Assembly: GCF_902652985.1 (NCBI RefSeq)
Contig: NC_047015.1
Span: 16,368,001 to 16,432,000 of the forward strand
From: Pecten maximus
Taxonomy: Eukaryota
Length of the DNA stretch: 64,000 bases
Reading direction: 5' to 3'
Shown one piece after another: positions 53,780 through 64,000 of the stretch. The translations under genes and the position numbers were made by a program. The number at the start of each line of letters is the position of its first letter. The stretch's first letter is position 1. The notes under the pieces are model-generated. The model made no database searches and had not been told where the DNA came from. It saw only the letters and a list, made by a program, of their open reading frames with translations.

Positions 53780-56160
53780 AATCTGGGTTACGTCACACTT
53801 TCAAAATGGGAACTAGGGTGGTGACAACGGAACCACTATAGACACCAGCAAGCTTCGAAGAGACATAATGTTTCCAATGAGGTCATAATGTCGACTTCCC
53901 GTGGTCTTCATCACCTTTTATATTTCGAAACCTTGTGTTGTAAATTGCTCTGTCAGTAATCGACATCTGTCACGGAAATCGTAAAAATGGAAACAAGCCT
54001 TTAAATATCGAATCAACTGGGACAGGTAAACACCGTAGATTGGAGATTCAGAAATGTTACTATCTAGAAATGGAAAATCAACAAATGAGAAAAAAAATAA
54101 ACGCATCACGAGAAACATACAGCTTAGGTGTGGGCTGTCTCTGCTTTGTACCTAAAGATCGAGGTAAGCTGATGATATTGAAGTGTCTGTAGTGTCCTTG
54201 TTACATTGTACCTAAAGATCGAGGTAAGCGGCTGATATTGAAGAGTCTGTTGTGTCCTTGATTTCAAGTTCTAAGAGTTCTCCAATTTTTGTAATTTAAA
54301 AATAACACATCGTCAATATACATATAGGTGAAATTGAAGGACTTTGAAAGGTCTGTGTTCCATAACTCCATGTTCTGATCAGCGCTTGGATATCATCAGC
54401 CGCGTAGGAAAACAAAAACAAATCTTCCAACAGAGGGACACAGTATGTTCCCATAAGTATGTATGTCAGCCAACAGAGGGGCGGTCTGTTCCCATGGTAA
54501 TGTCAGTCAGCCAACAGAGGGGCACAGTCTGTTCCCATGGGTATGTATGTCAGCCAACAGAGGGGCAAACTCTGTTCCCATGGGTATGTATGTCAGCCAA
54601 CAGAGGGACACAGTCTGTTTCTATGGGTATGTCAGTCAGCCAAGAGAGGGACAGTCTGTTCCGATGGGTATATCAGTCAGCCAACAGAGGGACACATTTT
54701 GTTTCCATGGGTATGTCAGTCAGCCGACAGAGGGACAGTCTGTTCCGATGGGTATGTCAGTCAGCCAACAGAGGGTTACAGTTTGTTACCATGGGTATGT
54801 CAGTCAGCCAACAGAGGGACACAGTTTGTTCCCATGGTATGTCAGTCAGCCAACAGAGGGACACAGTTTGTTCCCATGGGTATGTCACTCAGCCAACAGA
54901 GGGACACAGTCTGTTTCTATGGGTATGTCAGTCAGCCAACATAGGGACACAGTCTGTTCCCATGGGTATGTCACTCAGCCAACATAGGGACACAGTCTGT
55001 TTCTATGGGTATGTCAGTCAGCCAACATAGGGACACAGTTTGTTTCTTTGGGTATGTCAGTCAGCCAACAGAGGGACACAGTTTTGTTTCTATGGGTATG
55101 TCAGTCAGCCAACTGAGGGACACAGTTTTGTTTCTATGGGTATGTCAGTCAGCCAACTGAGGGACACAGTCTGTTTCTATGGGTATGTCAGTCAGCCAAC
55201 ATAGGGACACAGTTTGTTTCTTTGGGTATGTCAGTCAGCCAACAGAGGGACACAGTTTTGTTTCTATGGGTATGTCAGTCAGCCAACTGAGGGACACAGT
55301 TTTGTTTCTATGGGTATGTCAGTCAGCCAACATAGGGACACAGTCTGTTTCTATGGGTATGTCAGTCAGCCAACATAGGGACACAGTTTGTTTCTTTGGG
55401 TATGTCACTCAGCCAACAGAGGGACAAATTCTGTTTCTATGGGTATTTCAGTCTGCCAACTGAGGGACACAGTTTGTTTCTATGGGTATGTCTGTCAGCC
55501 AACAGAGGGACACAGTTTGTTTCTATGGGTATGTCAGTCAGCCGACAGAGGGACACAGTTTGTTTCTATGGGTATGCAATTAGTCAAGTAAGGTTGGTGA
55601 TCAGAAATTCAATATTCTCACGATTTAGAATATCTTTGGTGTATTTTCTATGGACACTAGGCATATGTTTAACAAAATATGTTCCGGTATAGTTCACAAT
55701 TTTGTTCTAATAACGCCGTTAACCTTTCTTGAAAAAAGACAGCTCTTATCACAAGAGAACGAAATGTTGAATGGGGAATGGTGTTATAAACAGTAGCAAA
55801 ACAAACATTTTGACGGAGGAAACGTTTCGTATGGGCTTAACTTCGAGATTAATCAAAAGATTTTCAAAATCCACATTCCATTAGGTCGACGTCTGGAGTT
55901 ATACTACCCCAATAGGACTGTAGTCCCGACTTAAATGTACTTAAAATGATAGTAAAAGTGGAGAGAAGACTCAAGTTAGCAATAAAATGTTGTTTATAAG
56001 GATTTTTGTGAAGTTTATGAATCCAATATGAACGAGTTAGATCCGTATCACTCTCACTATCCGGTATTCTACAAGATCGCAATACTGAAGATTGATTGGA
56101 TTGGATTTCGGCTTTGGAAAAACTAGACAATGCGTAAGTAATGTTACTTTGGTTACCCAT
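53780..56160 (-). mobile_element. Decayed Penelope-like retroelement reverse transcriptase (pseudogenised, interrupted by a satellite)
   Basis: Collinear minus-strand motifs: YWIHKLHKNPYKQHFIA; SVKMF..ATVYNTIPH (motif A-like); IPMGTDCVPLLAD/LEDLFLFSY (motif B); FNFTYMYIDDVL (YIDD at 54320-54309); KDTTDTSISSAYLDL; FSFVDFPFLDSNISESPIYGVYLSQLIRY. Frameshifts and stops are present. Penelope assignment is from recalled motif similarity. Confidence 0.8.
54428..55575. repeat. Tandem array, 43-bp unit derived from RT motif B, ~27 copies
   Basis: CAGCCAACAGAGGGACACAGTCTGTTYCYATGGGTATGTCAGT; the reverse complement translates TDIPMGTDCVPLLA. Confidence 0.93.
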
Positions 56161-57117
56161 GTTGTCACTACTCTAAATCAGAGTTACCTCGCTTATGTCT
56201 TTAGCTTAACTGAAATAGTGAAGGGTCGTTTAAAACAAATTTTAAAGCTTACGTCAAAATAAAGTATAATCCCTGGATTGATTGAAAATACAAAACGAAG
56301 CAACATGTCTGCCACCACACACAGACGATTCGACATTGAACTTCTGCTTCTGGAAATAAAAAATACAAATCATACAATTGCCCACATTTATTCGTTTAAT
56401 TATAGATATGAAAACCCATGGTCAAATTAACTGTTCCAGACAAACATACCCTTCTCCACATGAAGTACCCATACTTATAATGTCTCCAAAACTAACGTTT
56501 CAATAATGACCATTTTAGGGACGGAAATCCCATAACGCGCAACCAAACGTGGACAAAAACTGTTCAACTATATTCTTTAAAAAAATCCGCGATATAGAAT
56601 ACCTTTCGCCAAATTTCAGTCCAATGATCTTTAGAATGTGTACAAATTTGTCACAAAAGAAAGCAAATATTATCTGTATCGGTTTGTAGCTTTATTTACT
56701 TATCATTTCCTTTTATCTGATATTTTAGTCTGACACGATGACTTTTACAAAAGATGTTTCTATATTTTCCCACAATGTTTAGAAACAGTTCCCCGAGCGC
56801 TACATTGTGATTGTCCATTTCTTTCAAAACAACAGATATTTTCAAAATGTTCAATGATGTCAACTTTACTGGTTATCGTTTTTGAAGATATCGGTACTAA
56901 TCAAATATTTGAATGCAAATGTATTAAGAAGAAACCAAAATAATGTACAATTTAGTCTAATGATTATATCATGTAGTTTAATCAGTAAATTTGAGGTTAA
57001 ACTGCACGGCACATGGTGGGGGGTATAATCAGGACAGATCTGACCGGAGTCACCAACACAGGGATGTGTAACAACATATCGTGGTAATACATGATGACAT
57101 TTTAAATTGTCCGTGAA

Positions 57118-58221
57118 TCAAATAACCTTCCTGAGCCATGGATGAGCAAGAACTGCGTCTATTACTAGCCTCCGATCCGTGTCAGCTTCAAGCATATTGT
57201 AAATGAGGTCCTTACAATCTGTATGCAGCTTATCCAACACGCGAACCGGAAACATGACCTTCTCAACGACCTTTGTCCTCCGCATTATACCCAGGCGCAT
57301 ATCGTCATAAGGCATGGTGGCACACATCATGATATAAAGGACACACCCGAGGCTCCAAATGTCATTCATCTTTGGGTCGTACGGTTGGTTGAATAGCAAC
57401 TGAGGCGAGGCGTACGCCATGCTACCACAGTACGACGTACTCGAACAAGGCTTCCCGTCCACGAGGCGAACACGTTTGGCGAAACCGAAATCCCCGATAA
57501 CCGGAGTTTTGTCCTTCATCAGAAATATGTTTTCACATTTAATGTCCCGATGTGATATGCCGTTGTCATGGAGATACTTTATTCCCTGTGCGATTTCAAA
57601 GAACATCTTGCGTGCTTCCGTGTCCGACATGCTACCATTTTGTCTAATCTGGGTCAGTAGGTCACCGTGTACAGCATAATCCATAATCATGAAGACAAAC
57701 CCTTCACACTGAATGACTTCGTGGGTATTGATGGCGTTCCTGTGACTCAGACAAATAGAAATACTCAGCTCTGATGGCAGGAAATGTTTAACATACGAGG
57801 TGTTGGGGCGTAGGTTAGTGTCGACAATCTTCACCGCTAGTATCGTACCATCACGCTCCCTCTCCACTACTCGAACGGTGGCGTAGGTACCGCCCCCGAT
57901 CTTCGGTCCTAGGCGGTAACCCTTACAGGACATAAGGTCAGCCATGTGCATGAATTGTCGTGCTGTGCTTTGCGGTCGAACTTTCCTGTGTAATAAGGCA
58001 TTTGGACGGATTTCCTTGGATGGAGGAGAAGTTCCATCCGGTGACGGACTTATTAATCTTCCATGGATATTTGGAGATCTTCCGCCGGATGTTGGGGAGC
58101 ATCCAAGGGATGTTGGTGAACTTGCACCTCCATCAGATATCGGGGAGCCTCCACGTGATGTTAATGAACCTCCGCCGGGTGAGGAGGACCCGCTGATATC
58201 AAATAAGAGTCGTCTGTTCAT
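57118..58221 (-). CDS. TSSK: Testis-specific serine/threonine kinase (TSSK family, CAMK group), intronless, 367 aa from the first ATG
   Basis: GYRLGPKIGGGTYATV, AVKIVD, FLPSEL, HRDIKCENIFL (TSSK-type KCEN), DFGFAK, YCGSMAYASPQ, PYDPKMNDIWSLGCVLYIMMCATMPYDD, HPWL; first ATG at 58221. Confidence 0.9.
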   Translation of the reverse strand: MNRRLLFDISGSSSPGGGSLTSRGGSPISDGGASSPTSLGCSPTSGGRSPNIHGRLISPSPDGTSPPSKEIRPNALLHRKVRPQSTARQFMHMADLMSCKGYRLGPKIGGGTYATVRVVERERDGTILAVKIVDTNLRPNTSYVKHFLPSELSISICLSHRNAINTHEVIQCEGFVFMIMDYAVHGDLLTQIRQNGSMSDTEARKMFFEIAQGIKYLHDNGISHRDIKCENIFLMKDKTPVIGDFGFAKRVRLVDGKPCSSTSYCGSMAYASPQLLFNQPYDPKMNDIWSLGCVLYIMMCATMPYDDMRLGIMRRTKVVEKVMFPVRVLDKLHTDCKDLIYNMLEADTDRRLVIDAVLAHPWLRKVI

Positions 58222-58270
58222 CGATGTCCAACATCGCACAGTCTTAGTTACCACGATACCACAGTGGCTT

Positions 58271-58303
58271 TGACGTCACAGACACGAGTTTATTATGACG
58301 TCA
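58271..58303. promoter_or_regulatory. Two perfect CRE palindromes (TGACGTCA) 50-82 bp upstream of the TSSK ATG
   Basis: TGACGTCA at 58271-58278 and 58296-58303, the second within TATGACGTCATA. Confidence 0.6.
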
Positions 58304-58320
58304 TAGTAGTTGTCACTCTT

Positions 58321-58650
58321 ACCTCCACAACTTTATACTCAGAAACACACTTCACAACTTTAATTTCGATAACACACTCCACAACTCTAATTTCGAGAAA
58401 ACACTCCACAACTTTAAACTCGAGAACGTACTCCACAAGTCTAAAGTCTAGAACACATTCCTGAAGTCTCAACTCGAGAACGCATTCCCAAAGTCTAAAC
58501 TTGAAATCACGTACCTCCCTATGTCTAAACTTGAGAACACAATCCCCAAGCCTATAGACTCGGAAACACAGTATGTAAGTCTATACTCGAAAAACACACT
58601 CCACAAGTCCATACTCGAAAGTGCACTTCTAAATTTTGTATTCAGAAATA
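58321..58650. repeat. Old, highly diverged ~27-bp tandem repeat (CACACTCCACAACTTTAAACTCGAGAA-like), possibly internal to a non-autonomous element
   Basis: About 12 degenerate units; related words recur to ~58950. Confidence 0.65.
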
Positions 58651-59389
58651 CACATTACGGAGTTTGTGTGTTTACTAACACTCAACAATTGTATGTATAG
58701 ATGTAAAGAGTGTGATTCAGGGTATTCAGACTCTAGTGTTTTCAGAGTTTCAAATTGCAGAGTGTTCCCGAATATGAATGTGTTATATATAAATAGTAGA
58801 ATATATAAAACTCGGAATCATTGAGTAAAGTACTGAGTATGAAACTAATTGTCCAGACAAAGAATGCCAGTTTTAATACTCTGAAACACATTTTACTCGA
58901 AAACTCGAGAACACACACTACAGTGTTTCCCATATTTGAGTTCTGTAAAACTCGTCCTATATTTGCAGACTATGTATATATGTATGGTGTAACGTCAATG
59001 ATCAGGATGAGAGATTGATAAGATAGGGTGAACTGCCAAGTATCCATCATACCGTCGGTACAGTCGAGGAAGTACACGATAGTTGGTATAAACAGCTCGA
59101 GGTATTTAATTTGTCGCCACCATACACGTACACAGGGCTGATAATGTGTTGTTTCTGTTTGTACTTGGACTAAAGAGATATTACTCACATTATTGTTACC
59201 AATTTGTTAGTATTCATATTCTCTGCACCGTATTGTTTACGAGAATTTACGAGATTTAGACGGTCTAATTTATGATGGCCGGTGGAGGTATTCCGGTGTG
59301 ATAGTAATGCGATGTGACAAGGGAGATAACTCTCACAATCTCATACGCGTCGTATATATGCTGATTACGTCCCTTTATCCAACTATTAA

Positions 59390-59500
59390 CGGTATTTTTA
59401 GTTAATTAGTTGGATAATTGATTGACTGATTGACTGATTGATTAACAAGGACGCTTAGCCCCATCAATCAATCAATTATCTAACTAAACTATAAATACCG
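59390..59500. repeat. Imperfect palindrome with (GATT/GACT)n arms
   Basis: CGGTATTTTTAGTT..TTAGTTGGATAATTGATTGA versus TCAATCAATTATCTAACTAAACTATAAATACCG. Confidence 0.6.
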
Positions 59501-59680
59501 AAAAGATGTGTTCAAAGCATAAACAATTCAACGTTTATAAAACTGTTGCTAAAAATGACGTCCTGGTGCCAGAAGCTTATCATTGGATTTGTCTGTGGAT
59601 GACTTTTTTTTTTCGGCATAGTAACTGTTTCATATCTCGGGTCTATTTGCCGAGGCGAAACCGGTATGTTTTATTATACC

Positions 59681-61085
59681 AAGTTCAATCAAGTTCAATT
59701 TTTTATTTGAGTGTCAAACACCTTACAACATATAAAATACATCATAAAATATTTCTCTTTCAAAGTAAGATATGTCCAGCCATTTATGACTTATTTAGAC
59801 ACTATAAAACAAAATAATAGTATACGATATTGCATGCTAAAAGTTAATAAGGTAAGGTTATCCCAAGCTATTAAAAATGGTACAGTAAGTAGCTACGTTA
59901 TGTTACATGAATAAAAAGCTACGAAAAGATGCCTCTTCTCCTCCCCATAGCATAAAGTTGATTGGCGAGAAGATTTGGGGGAGATTTATCTACAAGATAT
60001 TTAAACTGATTACAACTGTCGATACTATTAAAATCAACATATTTGTTAGCATCAACTAAAAGAGGCCAGCGTAAATCATCATGAAAATTACATCGTATTA
60101 AAAAGTGAACTTCGTCTTCAACCTCATTTGATAAACAATATTTACAGATTCTGTGTTTTATGGGTAAAATCGGCTTGGCATGCCGTCCCTTTTCAATTTC
60201 TAGGGAAAGTGACCCACATCTGAAATTGCACAACAGACCTCTTCTCTCTCTAAATTTAACAAATTTCACATAATCACTTGTTGTAGGCTCATACTTATAG
60301 GTTCTATATAGACGTAATTTATTACCATTAACATTTCCATCATCATTCCACAATAAATTTTGCCAACTGTCAGCATCAATATTTTGTAATTTTTCTTTGA
60401 TATTTCTCATTTTCCAGTTTAATGACCTTTGTGCTAAAATAATATCCACTAAATTAGCCTTTACTATTAGATTATGAACCCGCGAATCCCAAGAATTACG
60501 GAGAGACTTAGACCATTTATGAATTTTACTCAATATCCTATCCCTTTCCGTATTTTGTATTCTTAAATACAATCTTAAAACGTTTATAGTCTGTTTCGTG
60601 GTAGTTGACGTCCAACCCATGTCGCCCCTTGTGGCCAAGTTACTGGAAAACTTCGACAGCTCCAAGAAAATATCGACAGGCCTTGTTTTGTAGTAATGTT
60701 ACTTCTCTGTAGGAGTTTATACCACAGAGTCCACTCGCGAAGGAATCTGTAGGTTCCACTAAAGACATGTACAGTTTGGTATAAACCGAATAAGTCATAC
60801 CTCCCGCGTGGGTGAATTTTGAGTAAAGGGCATAAAGGGCCCTACTCGCAGACTTGCACAACTCTCGTACAGCGAGATGTCGATCGATATGTTCATGAAA
60901 CCACAATCCTAAGTATTTATACTTAGAACAAATGTCGATATCAGAGTCACCATACGTAAATTTAGATTGTGTTAAAGTCAAAGAAGGGTTACGGAAATGA
61001 ACAACGTTAGTTTTGTCCTTGTTTATATACAGTTTCCATTTTTCACACCATTCTGCTAGTTTATCAAGCATATTTTGCATAGAGA
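59681..61085 (-). mobile_element. 5'-truncated non-LTR retrotransposon (LINE), 3' part of ORF2, frameshifted; clade uncertain (RTE-X-like)
   Basis: WCEKWKLYINKDKTNVVHF, YKYLGLWF, QNKACRYFLG, NKLRLYR, FRCGSLSLEIEKGR, C-terminal CKYC…EDEVHFLIRC; frameshift at ~60650; 3' AATAAA followed by a TTGAAC-repeat tail at ~59706-59681. Confidence 0.85.
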
Positions 61086-61326
61086 CATATCATACCTCAC
61101 CCTCATCGTTTTGTTTTATTGTTTGTTTGTTTAACTCCAGTTTCTTTAGGGTCACATTAATCTAATAAGGAAAATCTTGACAGTGCCCTAAAATGGAAGC
61201 CACATTCGGTAGCAAGCTCTGTCAATATCTCAGGTCGTTTGGCAAATGGCAGCGAGTTTGGTAACAAGCTCCGTCCACCTCTCGCATCGCTTAGCAAGTG
61301 CGCGACAGTGCTCCATGCGGAAAAAA

Positions 61327-61560
61327 AGAACGCTCTTCGCTTGTCACATTGTCGCACGTTCGCTCTTCGCTTGGCACATTGTCGCACGTTCGCTCTTCGC
61401 TTGCCACATTGTCGCACGTTCGCTCTTCGCTTGGTACATTGTCGCACGCTCGCTCTTCGCTTGGCACATTGTCGCACGTTCGCTCTTCGCTTGGCACATT
61501 GTCGCATGTTCACACTTCGCTTGGCACATTGTCACACGTTCGCACTTCGCTTGGTGCACT
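61327..61560. repeat. Tandem array, 30-bp GC-rich unit (CGCTCTTCGCTTGGCACATTGTCGCACGTT), ~8 copies
   Basis: Direct periodicity. Confidence 0.9.
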
Positions 61561-61794
61561 GTCTCTCTTCACTTGGCGGGGACGTCACTGCGACAGTTGG
61601 ACATTGCCGAAATCATCCACCATATCAATCAATAAAAATATTATCAGGTATTTTTTCAACACGTTTGGAATTAGGGAAGGAAAATGTCGAGGGTAAGCTT
61701 TTTTTAGGAAAATTGACTCTGGTAAAATAATCTCACAGGTAACTGAATCTGGTAAGTATTTTTAAATAGTAACCAGAGTATGAAGCTCTGGACA

Positions 61795-62476
61795 AGGGTG
61801 ACGTTTGTTTTCTTTTGGCCCTGCCCCTCAGGCCTCTGGGCGATCATCCCCGTCATTTGTATAACTTTGAATCCCAGCCACATAGGGATGTTACCACTGA
61901 AATATCAATGTCATACATGGCTTAGTTCCAGAGAAGTCGTTAATATCAATATTGCCCAATGGACCCATTTTGGCCTGCCCCTCAGGCCCATGAGGGGCAA
62001 GCTACATCATTGGTATAAATTTGAATCCCAGCCACATAGAGATGTTACCACTGAAATAGCAATGCCATACATTGCTTAGTTCTAGTCGTTGATATCAATA
62101 TTGCCAAATGGACCCATTTTGGCACCACCTCTCAAGCCCCTTGGGGGTCAGCCCCATCATTAGGAATTCCAGCCACCTAGGAAGTTACCACTGAAATTTC
62201 AATGTCATACATGGCTTAGTTCCAGAGAAGTCGTTAATATCAATATTGCCAAATGGGCCCCTTTTGACCCCACCCTCAGGCCCCTGCGGGCTAGCCTCAT
62301 CATTTGTATAAATTTGAATCGCAACCGCCGAGGGTGTTTCTTACCAAATTTGGTTAAATTCTGATCAGCGGTTAAGAAGAAGTCAATTGTTGACGGACGG
62401 ACGACGGACGACGGACGCCGGATACCCCGATATGGCATAAGCTCACATTAGTCTTTCGGACCAGGTTGAGCTAAAA
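61795..62476 (-). mobile_element. Helentron-associated non-autonomous element (HINE/DINE-1/pearl-like)
   Basis: Minus strand starts TTTTAGCTCA…TGAGCT (subterminal inverted repeat), then a (CGTC/CGTCCGT)n microsatellite, then ~3 copies of a ~140-150-bp core repeat (GAATCCCAGCCAC…TTACCACTGAAAT…CTTAGTTC…ATCAATATTGCC…CCCCTCAGGCCC). Confidence 0.75.
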
Positions 62477-63153
62477 TGAGAAAAATAAATGTATACTATA
62501 TTTGGTAGATATTTTATTTTCGTTCCAGGGTTTCGGTATTCTGGTCGCGAAATATCTTTTTTTTCGTTCCATCGTACAATCTATCTCATTTTTGATATCG
62601 ACATGTCTGATTTTATTTCCTGGTACCTTAAGTTCTGGAATGTCACGGTTCCAGATTTTATCTTGCTCCTTTATTTTGTATAAATGGGAATCTGATTTTG
62701 ATATCCGTGGCTACTTTATTTGGTTAGTGAGTGCTTTGTTTACAGTTTTATCTTATCACTGTATTTAAATCAAAGTCAAAGTCACATAGGTCAACTTGTG
62801 CTTCTTAAAAGTTTTCAAGTGATCGAAGGTCAGTCACCAGATCGAAGGTCAATGTCACAATGATCCCTAGACACATTTACCACAAAACGCACTTACCTGT
62901 ATATCACAGCTTTACACATCTTCCGCTATAGAGTAATGTATGCGGGTTTAGATGGATGTTTATTGATTGATGAACCCGCCTGTGTTGCCAATCTGTCAAA
63001 CTGGGCACACGTATTTGATGACTAACGCGTGATACCTGACTACTCACGAACCACCTATAGTAGTAGTAGATATGTGGTTAAAACCTTGTCTAAACTAATT
63101 TCTCGGTTACAGGAACTAACATGTCTGCTCTCATTGATACGTCACTGTCTTAT

Positions 63154-63197
63154 AAATACAATACAATACAATACAATACAATACAATACAATACAAT
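63154..63197. repeat. (AATAC)n microsatellite
   Basis: About 8 copies. Confidence 0.9.
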
Positions 63198-63216
63198 CGT
63201 AAAATACCACATGAAA

Positions 63217-63707
63217 TATTGACTGTTTGCTTGTGTTGTGGTATTATAAGGCATCATTATATCGACATTGACGGTTTGCTTGTGTTGTGGTATTATAAGG
63301 CATCATTATATCGACATTGACCGTTTGCTTGTGTTGTGGTATTATAAGGCATCATTATATCGACATTGACGGTTTGCTTGTGTTGTGGTATTATAAGGCA
63401 TCATTATATCGACATTGACCGTTTGCTTGTGTTGTGGTATTATAAGGCATCATTATATCGACATTGACCGTTTGCTTGTGTTGTGGTATTATAAGGCATC
63501 ATTATATCGACATTGACGGTTTGCTTGTATTGTGGTATTATAAGGCATCATTATATCGACATTAACCGTTTGCTTGTGTTGTGGTATTATAAGGCATCAT
63601 TATATCGACATTGACCGTTTGCTTGTGTTGTGGTATTATACGACATCATTATATCGACATTGACGGTTTACTTGTGTTGTGGTATTATAAGGCATCATTA
63701 TATCGAC
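63217..63707. repeat. Tandem array, 49-bp unit (ATTGACSGTTTGCTTGTGTTGTGGTATTATAAGGCATCATTATATCGAC), 10 copies
   Basis: Direct periodicity. Confidence 0.93.
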
Positions 63708-63752
63708 TTTGAGGCTCTGCCGGAGGAAATGCCCTATTTCTGAACAGAACTA

Positions 63753-63920
63753 CAGTCGAAACTCGTTATCTCGAAATCGGGCTGGGGTTAGGCTTACGAT
63801 GTATCCCAAATGTTCGAGATAACCGAGTATATTCTATATAATTTTTTTACTGTCGGAACTTAATTCTTACTTTGAGTTATGCACGTTTTTTCGAGTAATC
63901 ACAGTTCGAGGTAACGAATA
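63753..63920. mobile_element. Left end of a Tc1/mariner-superfamily-type MITE
   Basis: TA|CAGTCGAAACTCGTTATCTCGAA terminus with internal inverted copies TTCGAGATAACC and TTCGAGGTAACG; no right end is visible in the window. Confidence 0.55.
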
Positions 63921-64000
63921 TAAACTTATAACATCAATAAGGCCTTTTCTTTTTTTCAATTTCTGGGCATTTATTGTCACATCTGGTAGTGTCTCATATC

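Noticed and set aside
58222-58254. Extended TSSK start given in the ORF track
   Set aside because: It is a non-ATG start from a prokaryotic-style caller; the first ATG is at 58221
61157-61730. Arg/Cys-rich overlapping ORFs
   Set aside because: They are translations of a 30-bp GC-rich tandem repeat, open in all frames

Overview
Eukaryotic, AT-rich genomic DNA, most likely from a bivalve mollusc. This is inferred from spliced genes and from repeat types I associate with bivalves: a Helentron/HINE-like element, a Penelope-like RT relic and palindromic MITEs. Roughly half of the window (about 34 kb by my rough sum) consists of more than 20 unrelated tandem arrays with 9-62 bp units, and these explain nearly all long low-complexity ORFs. 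Real coding content is (1) a spliced minus-strand gene for a ~614-aa coiled-coil protein with a C-terminal death domain (exons 6446-5027 and 2506-2082), (2) an intronless TSSK-family kinase (58221-57118) with two perfect CRE sites just upstream, and (3) two probable orphan minus-strand exons near 39.5-40.3 kb. Mobile DNA includes a decayed Penelope-like element, a 5'-truncated LINE, a HINE-like element, TIR and palindromic MITEs, tRNA-like heads and a Tc1/mariner-type MITE end. I see no CRISPR or prokaryotic system. The most notable signals are satellites born in place from ordinary sequence (an RT motif, a tRNA-like head, a stop-codon region), the same TA->TACATGTA insertion in two unrelated satellites (resembling a Tc1/mariner excision footprint), and nested T-shaped palindromic elements. 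Coordinates and copy numbers were counted by eye and are approximate at array edges.
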